In this document: positions 18,267 through 27,367 of the stretch, piece after piece
How the letters are laid out: every line of letters begins with the position of its first letter
How positions within the stretch are numbered: position 1 is the first letter of the stretch
Assembly (NCBI GenBank): GCA_001780985.1
Contig: MFJV01000001.1
Coordinates: 694,579-758,578, forward strand
Length of the DNA stretch: 64,000 nt
Source: Candidatus Gottesmanbacteria bacterium RIFCSPLOWO2_01_FULL_43_11b
Lineage (GTDB): Bacteria; Patescibacteriota; Microgenomatia; UBA10105; UBA927
Direction: 5' to 3'
Program-made: the position numbers and the translations under genes
The notes under the pieces: generated by a model
The model's database searches: none
The model's input: only the letters and a program-made list of their open reading frames with translations
Told to the model about the DNA's origin: nothing

Positions 18267-19584
18267 GCTCTTCAATTCTTTTTAATAGATTTTCTTTTTT
18301 ATTCAAAAGTTTTCCTGCTTCAACATCTGCAAACAATAGATTGAGGACTTTGCCGACGGTCGGCCCGGGTTTAATTCCAAATGCTTTCATGACGTCATGG
18401 CCGGAGATTTTAAGATCGGAAACAGTGAATGGTTGTTTTTGAACCTCGATAAGGCGTTTTTTAAATAATTCAAGGCGCCATGACGTTTCGCGTGCACCAC
18501 CTCCCAAACGATCTCCTATCCGTAAAGCGAGCATATCGTTCAGATTTTCTTTTCCCACGCGACGAATAAATCGCCGAAGAGCACTATCAGTTTGACGCTC
18601 ATCCACAGTAAACTGATGCCAACGAACAAGAATGAATAATTTTTCAGCGTCTTTTCGCGATAATCTCAGTCGTTCCGCAATTGTTTTTGTGATTCGGGCT
18701 CCGACCACCTCATGGTTATAAAATGTGATAAGTTTCGTTTCGTCTTTCTTAAATGTTTTGGGTTTGCCGATATCATGGAGAAGCGTTGCGAGTCGCACTA
18801 CGGGATCTGTTGAAGAGCAGTGTTTGAGAGCCATAATCGAATGAGTGCCCACGTCGTAGATGTGATGTCTCTTTGGACTTTTTTGCGGAGTATCGAAGGC
18901 GATTCCAAATTCAGGAATAATATGTTTGAGAAGTCCGGTATTTTTCAGCACTAATATTCCATCTGCAGCATGAGGAGATGCGAGCAATTTAAACAACTCA
19001 TCGCGAATGCGTTCAGCAGAAATTTTACTAAGACCTTGGGCATTTTTTTTGATTGCCAGTGACGTTTGCTCGTCAATCGCAAATCCAAGCTCGCTTGCTA
19101 TGCGAATTGCCCGCATAAGTCGTAATGCGTCTTCGTTAAATCGACTATCTGCGTCGCCAACAGTTTTAATTAGTTGTTTTTTAATATCTCTCTGACCGTC
19201 ATAGGGATCAATCAGATTTTTTCCGTCGAAAGCAATTGCATTAATCGTAAAATCTCTTCGGGACAAATCTTCTTCGATCGAACTGCCCCATGTAATCTTG
19301 TCCGGATGTCTGTGATCTGTATATCCTTTTTCGCTTCGATATGTTGTAATTTCATACACGTCATCTGTTACTTTTATTCCGACCGTGCCAAATTGATTGT
19401 CATAAAAACTGTCAGGAAAAAGTTTGAGGATCTCTTCAGGTTTTGCGTTTGTCGTAAAATCCCATCTGCTCGTTGATTTTCCTATGAGAAGGTCGCGTAC
19501 GGATCCACCGACTGTATACGCTTCAAATCCTGCTTTTTGCAGAGTTTTAATAATATTTTGAGATTGTTGAGGGAGTTTGATCAT
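18223..19584 (-). CDS. cca: CCA-adding tRNA nucleotidyltransferase with HD domain
   Basis: GGSVRDLLIG, the polymerase-beta head, RDFTINA, and an HD domain (HDIGK...). Its 3' end overlaps secF by 44 nt in convergent orientation. Confidence 0.85.
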   Translation of the reverse strand: MIKLPQQSQNIIKTLQKAGFEAYTVGGSVRDLLIGKSTSRWDFTTNAKPEEILKLFPDSFYDNQFGTVGIKVTDDVYEITTYRSEKGYTDHRHPDKITWGSSIEEDLSRRDFTINAIAFDGKNLIDPYDGQRDIKKQLIKTVGDADSRFNEDALRLMRAIRIASELGFAIDEQTSLAIKKNAQGLSKISAERIRDELFKLLASPHAADGILVLKNTGLLKHIIPEFGIAFDTPQKSPKRHHIYDVGTHSIMALKHCSSTDPVVRLATLLHDIGKPKTFKKDETKLITFYNHEVVGARITKTIAERLRLSRKDAEKLFILVRWHQFTVDERQTDSALRRFIRRVGKENLNDMLALRIGDRLGGGARETSWRLELFKKRLIEVQKQPFTVSDLKISGHDVMKAFGIKPGPTVGKVLNLLFADVEAGKLLNKKENLLKRIEELKLVGVSSLTVPKE

Positions 19585-19604
19585 ACTGGTATTATACGTC
19601 TGAA

Positions 19605-21194
19605 ATGAAGAAATGGCACGTACTTTCCCAAGGCACAGATATTATAAAACTTCTGCTACAAAGCAGGGGACTAACGACAAAAAAAGAAATTAAAGATTTT
19701 TTACATTCCCCTCATCCCCTTACGTTGATGCCAAAAGACGTAGGAATTGACAAAAATTTGTTACAAAAGGCAATTACCCGCATAAAAGGTGCAATCAAGA
19801 ACAAGGAATCCATTGTCGTCTACGCTGATTATGACGCAGACGGTATTACCGCAGGGGCAATTATGTGGGAGACATTATATGGACTCGGTGCTCGTGTCAT
19901 GCCGTATATCCCACATCGGGTCGAAGAAGGGTACGGGTTGTCAACAAAGGGAATAGAGAGCGTTCGGCAACAGTTTGATCCCTCACTTATTATCACCGTT
20001 GACCACGGAATAACAGCAAAAGAAAAGATTGCGTACGCGAAAAAATTGGGAATTGACGTTATTGTGACAGACCACCACGTCAAGCCCAAGAGTTTGCCGA
20101 ATTGTACTATCGTTCATACAACACAACTTTGCGGTGCAGGTGTTTCTTGGTTTTTAGCAAGTGAACTTGGTAAGCCTGATGTTTCATTAGCCGCAATTGG
20201 AACAATTGCAGACATGGTGCCCCTCGTTGGCCCCAATCGGTCGATTGTAAAATTCGGACTTGAAGCAATTAACACAACAAAGCGGGTAGGACTTGAAGCA
20301 CTTATTAATGATGCGGGACTGACGAAAGGATTGTTAAAAACATACGATGTTTCCCACGTGCTTGCCCCTCGGCTCAATGCTATGGGCAGAATTGAACATG
20401 CACTCGATGCTCTTCGATTGCTCTGTACAAAAAATACAGATAAAGCAAACCTTCTTGCACAAAAGTTGGGGCTAACTAATAAAGAACGCCAACAACTCAC
20501 CGAGGATACCGTGATACTTGCACGAGATTTACATAAGAGTCAGACAAAGAAAAAGCTCATTTTTATCGCTCACGAGTCTTTTAATCAAGGAGTTATCGGA
20601 CTTGTTGCAGGAAAACTTGTTGAAGAATTTTACCGACCGACCATTGTCGTAGCGATTGGAGATGGATATTCTAAAGCTTCAGCCCGGTCGGTTTCCGGAT
20701 TTAATATTGTTGAAACTATCCGGAAATGCAGCGACATTCTCGTTGACGTCGGGGGTCACCCTATGGCTGCCGGGTTTACCGTTGAAACAAAACATATTGA
20801 AGCATTAAAAAAACGTTTAGAAAAGATTGCGGAAAGTGAACTTGATGAGGAAAAATTAACGAAAATGCTTAAAATTGATGTTGAAATTCCACTTAGCACC
20901 GTTTCAATATATCTTTGGGAAAAGATTCAGGAGTTTGCACCTTTCGGTTTCGGCAACCCGGAACCTGTGTTTGCAACCAGAAATGTGCACATTGAGGATG
21001 CGCGGTTAGTTGGGAAAGACGGTAAGCACCTTAAGTTACGTATTGATTCGTTTCCTGCTATTGCATTTAACCTAGGGAGTTTTTATGGTCGATTAAAGCC
21101 TGATAAGGCAGTTGACATTGCGTATACCATCGACCTCGACACCTGGAACGGTAATAACCGCCTGCAACTTAAAATCAAAGATATCCACTATTAA
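19605..21194 (+). CDS. recJ: single-stranded-DNA-specific exonuclease RecJ (DHH/DHHA1)
   Basis: VVYADYDADGITAGAIM, DHH (VIVTDHH), and DHHA1 (GGHPMAAGF). Confidence 0.85.
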   Translation: MKKWHVLSQGTDIIKLLLQSRGLTTKKEIKDFLHSPHPLTLMPKDVGIDKNLLQKAITRIKGAIKNKESIVVYADYDADGITAGAIMWETLYGLGARVMPYIPHRVEEGYGLSTKGIESVRQQFDPSLIITVDHGITAKEKIAYAKKLGIDVIVTDHHVKPKSLPNCTIVHTTQLCGAGVSWFLASELGKPDVSLAAIGTIADMVPLVGPNRSIVKFGLEAINTTKRVGLEALINDAGLTKGLLKTYDVSHVLAPRLNAMGRIEHALDALRLLCTKNTDKANLLAQKLGLTNKERQQLTEDTVILARDLHKSQTKKKLIFIAHESFNQGVIGLVAGKLVEEFYRPTIVVAIGDGYSKASARSVSGFNIVETIRKCSDILVDVGGHPMAAGFTVETKHIEALKKRLEKIAESELDEEKLTKMLKIDVEIPLSTVSIYLWEKIQEFAPFGFGNPEPVFATRNVHIEDARLVGKDGKHLKLRIDSFPAIAFNLGSFYGRLKPDKAVDIAYTIDLDTWNGNNRLQLKIKDIHY

Positions 21195-21232
21195 ATTAGA
21201 TTGATTTTAAGCCCCAAAAGTAGTATCCTATA

Positions 21233-23461
21233 GTGACAATTATGGTCACAAGACTTGAGCAGTCTACAGAATCCTTAGGTTCAACAGAGCGATATAAACA
21301 ATTTACCGCTGATTGCTATCTGAAAATAAGAGTAGATAAACAGAGACATCCGTTTCGTTGGGAACAAGTTGATGCAACAACGAACCTATTTCCCTGTGAA
21401 ATCAGGCTAAGAAATAAAGTCCTTGAGGAAAGTCGATACCTCTCGGAAGAGAAGCATGCTATGGTTGAGGCGGCAACTGCTCTCTCTTTGCTTGCGCATA
21501 GTTCACAATCCCGAGACACAGGAGCACCATATTCCGTGCACCCACTAAAAGTTACTCTCATGGGGATAAAGAAATATAAAATTGACGCAGTTTCAATTTC
21601 CGAGAGGCTTTTACACGATGTTCACGAGGATACAACCGTGACACTTAAAACGATCCAGGAAAACATTCATCCAGATGTTGCTGATAGGGTTAAGATTCTG
21701 AGTAAGCGGCGCGGAAGACATCAGCGAAAAACACTTAAAGAATTATTAGTAGAAGAAAATAGACAGCAACTTTTTAAATCGGCCGTTGACACTCCGGATG
21801 AAACTGAAGCAAAAATTGATGACAGACTTCAAAATATGCGAACAATTAAACTAAAAGGAGAGAAAAAGAGGCGAGAAATTATTTTTGAGACTGAGGAAAT
21901 ATATATTCCTCTCGCACGCAGAATGGGCCTTCATGATGAGGCAAATGAGCTCGAACATCTATGTCTCGTTAATAAAAGTGCTGAACATGAAAAGTGGGCA
22001 GGCCAGGCTAACCGATATATTAAAAAGTTTTTCCGTCAAAACCCACCCAAACAACTATTGAGTGAGGTGCATGATGTACTTAACAAAAGAGGATATCGTG
22101 TTGCACTGCATTACCGTACGCCATCTCCCGCTGATATTTATAGGCGCATCGGAGAACTGCGCCCGTTATCCCAAGAAGACATGTATCTCTATGTCGATGC
22201 AGCGCAGAAAGATTTTGGCAAAAACAAATATGACTTGTTTGACTGGGGAGCACAGGCAATTGATATTGCAAATATTTTTAACTTCAACAGCGAACGGCTC
22301 TTTGATAGAGAGACGATTATTAACGCATTACAGTTTAAGCGTGAAGTGGAAAATGGTCTCACGGATTCGTTATCAATAGACGTTCTCCGCCGTCGGGATA
22401 AACTTCGTATACGTCTCACGCTTTATCCACATGATGTTCATATACGTGAGCGACTTTCCTTAGCCCATCTCCTTTCGTCAACCATAGATTCGAAACCTAT
22501 GTTAAAAGCTCTCCTTGAACAAAAACAACGGTTTTTAGCAGATCGTTTGACGCAAATTTTACACGGGGAAGTAGAAAGTTCGCATCTCGTTCGTCAACTT
22601 GAACCTCGTTTAACAGAAGGATTTATACGTGTTATTGGTATTAACGACAAGAAAGAAGAAGAGCCATGGAGTTTAAAAAACGGGTCAACCGTAATGGACT
22701 ATGTTTCAAACATTACTCCATTAAGCTGGAACAAAGCAGTTCGGACATTTGTTAACGGAATTGAAATAGAGATACCTGATTATGTGTTGAAACCCGGAGA
22801 CAGAATTCATATTGATTTTAAAGGTCATGGCCAGTACGATCCCTTATGGATTCACTGTTTTCATACGGATAAAGAGGGACCACGTATTGTAAGAGAAAAG
22901 ATTTATGATCGAATAAAAAAATTACAAGCTCATAAAGACAGGAACGCACTTTACCTCCAAGAACAACGGATTAAGCAAGTTGGGAAATGGAGATTACGTA
23001 AATTGGCAGGGTTAAAAACATTAAAGGTCGGAGTTCATCAAGTTATGGATAGTGTTCAACGTATTGACCGCACGATTACTAAAGAAGATGAGTTTTTTAT
23101 CAAAGTAGGTTTAGGTGAACTAACAGATGATGTACTCCAACCAATCGTTCATAAACTATCGGAATTGAATCAAAACTTATTGGAAATAAGTATTGATTTT
23201 GAAACAAATGAGCCAGGACAATTAAAAGCGGTAGGTGCAATTACTGAGAGGCTCGGAATAAACGTTGTAGCAGGTACAACGGATGATTTAGGACAATCTT
23301 CTGTCATCATCCTGTTGGATCCGAAGGATGAAAGAGTAGTGAAAAGACTCGTACGAGGAATTCGCATCGATAAACACTGCATCTCTAAAGGATTGAAAGC
23401 GATACGTTTTTCAACAAATCACATCGGTGCACCTGAAAAATTGCTGTACTTGAAGAAATAA
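21233..23461 (+). CDS. long RelA/SpoT-homolog-like protein: intact HD hydrolase domain, degenerate synthetase region, TGS-like and ACT-like C-terminal domains
   Basis: HD motifs match SpoT: DTGAPYSVHPL, LLHDVHEDT, DRLQNMRTIKL, IYIPLARRMGL. The middle region (roughly aa 240-450) lacks the YQS(L/I)HT and AAHW.YKE synthetase motifs. A TGS-like stretch follows (PWSLKNGSTVMDYVSNI...KPGDRIHIDF). The ACT-like C-terminus has LKAVGAITERLGINVVAG. Confidence 0.7.
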   Translation: MTIMVTRLEQSTESLGSTERYKQFTADCYLKIRVDKQRHPFRWEQVDATTNLFPCEIRLRNKVLEESRYLSEEKHAMVEAATALSLLAHSSQSRDTGAPYSVHPLKVTLMGIKKYKIDAVSISERLLHDVHEDTTVTLKTIQENIHPDVADRVKILSKRRGRHQRKTLKELLVEENRQQLFKSAVDTPDETEAKIDDRLQNMRTIKLKGEKKRREIIFETEEIYIPLARRMGLHDEANELEHLCLVNKSAEHEKWAGQANRYIKKFFRQNPPKQLLSEVHDVLNKRGYRVALHYRTPSPADIYRRIGELRPLSQEDMYLYVDAAQKDFGKNKYDLFDWGAQAIDIANIFNFNSERLFDRETIINALQFKREVENGLTDSLSIDVLRRRDKLRIRLTLYPHDVHIRERLSLAHLLSSTIDSKPMLKALLEQKQRFLADRLTQILHGEVESSHLVRQLEPRLTEGFIRVIGINDKKEEEPWSLKNGSTVMDYVSNITPLSWNKAVRTFVNGIEIEIPDYVLKPGDRIHIDFKGHGQYDPLWIHCFHTDKEGPRIVREKIYDRIKKLQAHKDRNALYLQEQRIKQVGKWRLRKLAGLKTLKVGVHQVMDSVQRIDRTITKEDEFFIKVGLGELTDDVLQPIVHKLSELNQNLLEISIDFETNEPGQLKAVGAITERLGINVVAGTTDDLGQSSVIILLDPKDERVVKRLVRGIRIDKHCISKGLKAIRFSTNHIGAPEKLLYLKK

Positions 23462-23465
23462 ATAT

Positions 23466-23738
23466 CTATTTCGGTAAATTTTGGCCAGCAAGATTTGCAA
23501 TGTTAATAATATGATTCCCAATTCTCGCCTGATCACTTGCTGCTGCTCCATGAAATTTATGAATTAAGTGAGCTGTTGCAATAGCAGCTTGATTGCATGG
23601 TAAACCGGCTACCTTATGATAGATTGTTTTCATGCGTTTTATAGCATTGTCAACATCAGCAGGGTCTGGAGGAGGGTCGATGCCGACCACTGCGTTAGCA
23701 AAGTTCTTTTTTAAGTCAACTTCTACTTTACGATTCAT
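23466..23738 (-). CDS. hypothetical protein (90 aa)
   Basis: An open frame with a RBS (AAGGG, 6 nt spacer). It has its own promoter and a structured leader (next entries). No family recognised. Confidence 0.4.
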   Translation of the reverse strand: MNRKVEVDLKKNFANAVVGIDPPPDPADVDNAIKRMKTIYHKVAGLPCNQAAIATAHLIHKFHGAAASDQARIGNHIINIANLAGQNLPK

Positions 23739-23749
23739 ATATTTCCCTT

Positions 23750-23782
23750 TAAAAAAACCTCCCGCTTCTATTTTGGGAGGTT
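23750..23782 (-). terminator. intrinsic-terminator-like hairpin AACCTCCC(11 nt)GGGAGGTT plus T7 on the minus strand, 12 nt upstream of the 90-aa ORF start
   Basis: Read directly. It overlaps the ORF's RBS, which suggests an attenuator or expression platform. Confidence 0.4.
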
Positions 23783-23898
23783 CGTGTGATTTAATTCATT
23801 TTGGCTTTTTATTAGCCACAACACGAACCCCCTTCTCGGAGGTTCTTAATGCAAATCCAATTACTTCGTTGTGCAGCGCTTTCCATAGCCTTAAACCC

Positions 23899-23950
23899 TT
23901 TATAACATGAGGTTGTGCTTCTTGTCAACAATCTAAAATAGCCGTACAAT
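23899..23950. promoter_or_regulatory. back-to-back divergent promoters sharing a palindromic -35 (TTGTCA/TGACAA)
   Basis: Minus strand: TTGACA (23923-23928), 18 nt, TATAAA (23899-23904). Plus strand: TTGTCA (23922-23927), 17 nt, TACAAT (23945-23950), upstream of aspS (SD GGAGG 23952-23956). Confidence 0.4.
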
Positions 23951-23957
23951 TGGAGGC

Positions 23958-25349
23958 ATGCGAACACTCGCAGCCGAAACAGTAGACAAAATTGGTCAAG
24001 AAGTGACTCTTCAAGGCTGGGTGAATACGAGGAGAGATCATGGAAATATCGTCTTTTTGGATCTCCGCGACCGATCAGGGATAGTCCAGATGGTTTCAAC
24101 TAAAACCGCGGATGCGGGTTCGGAAGATGTCATTGAAGTGGTTGGTTTAGTCAAAAAACGACCGGAAAATATGACGAATCCCAAGATTCCAACCGGCACA
24201 GTCGAAGTTGAGATAACGTCGATAAAAATTATAAGTGAAGCAAAAGAACTCCCGTTTCCCATTGATACGGATGGGTATGATATCGAAGAGGAAATTCGAT
24301 CAAAGTACCGCTACCTCGACATCCGAAGATCGCGGATGAATAAAAATCTTCGACTTCGCTCTAAAGTTGTAGCATTTATCCGAAATTTCCTTCTTGAGAG
24401 AGAATTTGTTGAAGTTGAAACGCCAATTTTAACCAAAACCACCCCTGAGGGTGCACGGGATTTTATCGTTCCTTCGAGACTTCAAAAAGGAAAATTTTAT
24501 GCACTCCCGCAATCACCACAGCAGTATAAGCAGCTCCTCATGGTTGCTGGGCTCGAACGGTACTTTCAGATCGCGCGCTGTTTTCGGGATGAGGACCCCA
24601 GAAAAGATCGGGCATACGGAGAATTTACTCAGCTTGATCTTGAGATGTCGTTTATAACGCAAAATGACATTTTGGAATTAACGGAAAAACTTTTTTCGTC
24701 ATTGGTTGCCGAATTGATGCCGGAAAAACACATAACACAAACACCCTGGCCGAGACTTTCGCATAAAAAAGTCATGGAAAAGTATGGAACGGATAAACCG
24801 GATTTGCGTAAAGACAAAAACGACAAGAACGAGTTGGCATTTAGTTGGACAATTGATTTTCCATTGTTTAATAAGCAATCAAAAGAAGATTTTTATTATG
24901 GTTCAGGCGCTAAAGTTGCTCCGTCTCACCATATGTTCACCGCCCCGCATCCAGACGATATCTCTCTCCTTGATAAGAATCCGCTGAAGGTGCGAGGTCT
25001 GCAACACGATCTGGTCCTCAACGGTTTTGAAGTTGGGGGAGGGAGCATTCGTATTCATCAAAGAGAAGTTCAAGATAAAGTATTTGATCTTATTGGATTT
25101 ACCCCCATGCAAAAGAAACAATTTGAACATATGTTGACGGCATTTACCTACGGTGTTCCACCTCATGGAGGCATTGCCCCTGGTATCGACCGGTTCCTCA
25201 TGGCAGCATTGGGTGAGCCGAGCGTGCGGGAGGTTATGGCATTTCCCACTTCCTCCTCCGGTCAAACCTCTGTTATGGATGCGCCAAGTGAAGCAGGTAA
25301 AACGCAACTCGTCGAGTTAGGTATTACGGTAAAATCCCAAAAGAAATAA
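23958..25349 (+). CDS. aspS: aspartate--tRNA ligase, short (archaeal/non-discriminating-type) form
   Basis: An OB-fold anticodon-binding N-terminus, then class II motifs (FQIARCFRDED, GGGSIRIH, GLDR). At 463 aa it lacks the bacterial GAD insertion. Confidence 0.9.
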   Translation: MRTLAAETVDKIGQEVTLQGWVNTRRDHGNIVFLDLRDRSGIVQMVSTKTADAGSEDVIEVVGLVKKRPENMTNPKIPTGTVEVEITSIKIISEAKELPFPIDTDGYDIEEEIRSKYRYLDIRRSRMNKNLRLRSKVVAFIRNFLLEREFVEVETPILTKTTPEGARDFIVPSRLQKGKFYALPQSPQQYKQLLMVAGLERYFQIARCFRDEDPRKDRAYGEFTQLDLEMSFITQNDILELTEKLFSSLVAELMPEKHITQTPWPRLSHKKVMEKYGTDKPDLRKDKNDKNELAFSWTIDFPLFNKQSKEDFYYGSGAKVAPSHHMFTAPHPDDISLLDKNPLKVRGLQHDLVLNGFEVGGGSIRIHQREVQDKVFDLIGFTPMQKKQFEHMLTAFTYGVPPHGGIAPGIDRFLMAALGEPSVREVMAFPTSSSGQTSVMDAPSEAGKTQLVELGITVKSQKK

Positions 25350-25354
25350 TCAGA

Positions 25355-26296
25355 ATGGCAAAAGGAAAAATTACCTATCAGTGGGACAAAATTTTATTTC
25401 TTATTCTGCTTGCAGTTTTTTTTCTCTTATCACCAGGGCAGGGCGGGATAAAAACGAAAAATGCCGTGCCGATATTTCGTCGCTTTCCCTATGTCATTCC
25501 CACCCCCGCGCCGTACCCAACTAATTCAACTGGATACTATCCGGGATTAGAAGTTTCTGCGGTAGGAATAGTGGTATACGATATTGATTCAGGGGTATAC
25601 CTCTACAAACGCAATCCCGAGTTGTCTCTGGCTCCTGCGTCAACGACAAAAATTCTCACTGCACTTGTTGCAATCGATGCATATGATCTCGATGATGTTC
25701 TTACGGTTAAGTCACTCGTCAATGACGGGCAAGATATGGGCCTAGTTTCGGGTGAGAGAATCACTGTTGAGAACCTTCTTTACGGAACGCTGGTTCAGTC
25801 AGCTAATGATGCAGCATACGCACTTTCTGAAAACTACCCCGGAGGAGTTGTTAAATTTGTTGAAGCGATGAATGCCAAGGCAAAAGCATTGCATTTAGAA
25901 AAAAGTTCATTTACCAATCCCGTTGGTTTTGATGACCCGCTTCACATTATGACACCCACTGACCTTACGCGTCTTGCTGCTTTTGCATTATCGAATAAAA
26001 CCATTGCAAAGATGGTCGCTATACCGCAAATAACGGTTTCTGACGTGACGCACACGTATTTTCATGCACTTGCCAATGTAAATCAACTTCTTGGGAAAAT
26101 TCCCGGAGTCGGAGGAATTAAAACAGGATGGACGGAGGAAGCCGGAGAAAATTTAGTGACCTTGGTTGAACGAAATGGTCACAGGGTAATTCTTGTCGTT
26201 CTCCATAGTCTCGACCGCTTCGCAGACACATCCTACCTCATTGACTGGGTCTTTACACAGTTTACGTGGACGCCTATTCAATCCAATCCGAGTTAA
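25355..26296 (+). CDS. D-alanyl-D-alanine carboxypeptidase (S11, PBP5-like)
   Basis: A signal/TM, SxxK (ASTTK), SxN (SANDAA) and KTG (IKTGWT). Confidence 0.8.
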   Translation: MAKGKITYQWDKILFLILLAVFFLLSPGQGGIKTKNAVPIFRRFPYVIPTPAPYPTNSTGYYPGLEVSAVGIVVYDIDSGVYLYKRNPELSLAPASTTKILTALVAIDAYDLDDVLTVKSLVNDGQDMGLVSGERITVENLLYGTLVQSANDAAYALSENYPGGVVKFVEAMNAKAKALHLEKSSFTNPVGFDDPLHIMTPTDLTRLAAFALSNKTIAKMVAIPQITVSDVTHTYFHALANVNQLLGKIPGVGGIKTGWTEEAGENLVTLVERNGHRVILVVLHSLDRFADTSYLIDWVFTQFTWTPIQSNPS

Positions 26297-27326
26297 CTGC
26301 GGGGACGTAACCAAGGAATCCTCCATCTCCTTCAAACACAAAGATTGGCTGAAGATACGTCTGTGCCTCGAGTGAGTCGTAGTACGCAAGGTAAATATTT
26401 CGGACGACTACGGTTGTTCCCGTGGGGTAGCGTGCTATATAACCATTCCCACTCTGGAGGTCCTGCCAAGCAGCAAGACTTGTGCGAAGAGAATATGTGG
26501 CAAACGTTTTATAATCTACCGGCCAGTAGGTGTAGGCAAGTTGGAGAATTCTCTTTTTATTGTCCCGAGATCCTGAAAGGATAAATGAAATGGGTGCTTG
26601 ATCAGGAGTAGGTGAGAGCACACGCATCTGACCAATAAGTTTACGGAAAAAATCAACCCGGATTGCATCAGCACCGGATGCGGCTGAAGTTGTAACAAGT
26701 TGATTGCCGATAAGTTTTAAGAAAGCAGTATTTACCTCTCCTCCTACATAATCTTCCTGATAGAGGTCGTGAGTTTGTAGCATGCTTCGCGCTTCAGCAA
26801 TCGCAGCATCAGGCAATGGGAGATTTTGAGACGGAAAGAGTTCCGTATCCAGTCCGAACTCGTAGCGGAGGATAAAGTTATTAGAAACAATGTCATAACG
26901 AAGCCGTCGGAGTGGGGTATCAGGATCCTGAAAACGGTAGATGTTTTTTGATTCAGCAATGGGAGTAGGATCTAACCCCAAACGTTTGGCAAACTCTTGC
27001 GTTTTCGGGATCCCCAAAAAGTTTGGTGGACTTTTCGGCATGAAGTACACAGCGGCAGACTCAGATGCTCTTGGTACTGACCCCTCGATGGTTTCTAAAC
27101 GGAAAACAAGTTGCCCTGACGGACTTGCGGAGGGGGTTGGAAACGCCAGTGTCGGTAGTTTTCCGAACGCATGATTAGGGGGCGGTGGTTTTGGTGGGAA
27201 AACAGTGAGCCATAAACTGAGGAATATACCCCAAAGGAAGCGTAAAATGACATACGCAATGACTGTTAGTATAGCCCAATTAATTGCCCGGCGAGTCAAA
27301 TATGCAGTTTCTGTCAAAGATGCCAT
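26274..27326 (-). CDS. hypothetical membrane-anchored extracytoplasmic protein
   Basis: An N-terminal TM (WAILTVIAYVILRFLWGIFLSLWLTVF), a PPKPPPP linker, and a 300-aa domain with no recognised family. I trimmed the start to Met 27326. Confidence 0.5.
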   Translation of the reverse strand: MASLTETAYLTRRAINWAILTVIAYVILRFLWGIFLSLWLTVFPPKPPPPNHAFGKLPTLAFPTPSASPSGQLVFRLETIEGSVPRASESAAVYFMPKSPPNFLGIPKTQEFAKRLGLDPTPIAESKNIYRFQDPDTPLRRLRYDIVSNNFILRYEFGLDTELFPSQNLPLPDAAIAEARSMLQTHDLYQEDYVGGEVNTAFLKLIGNQLVTTSAASGADAIRVDFFRKLIGQMRVLSPTPDQAPISFILSGSRDNKKRILQLAYTYWPVDYKTFATYSLRTSLAAWQDLQSGNGYIARYPTGTTVVVRNIYLAYYDSLEAQTYLQPIFVFEGDGGFLGYVPAVNSDWIE

Positions 27327-27367
27327 GGTATTTTGAGTATACGGTTGTGGGATGATAGAATCAACGC

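Noticed and set aside
23790-23890. Possible fluoride (crcB) riboswitch in the leader of the 90-aa ORF, because of GGCUAUGG...AAAGCGCUGC...GUAAUUGGA
   Set aside because: The resemblance to the GGCGAUGG...AAACGCUGC...CUAAUGA consensus is partial. The conserved CUAAUGA and the pseudoknot partners are not present, and the downstream gene is not a known fluoride-regulon member. I kept it as an unclassified structured leader.
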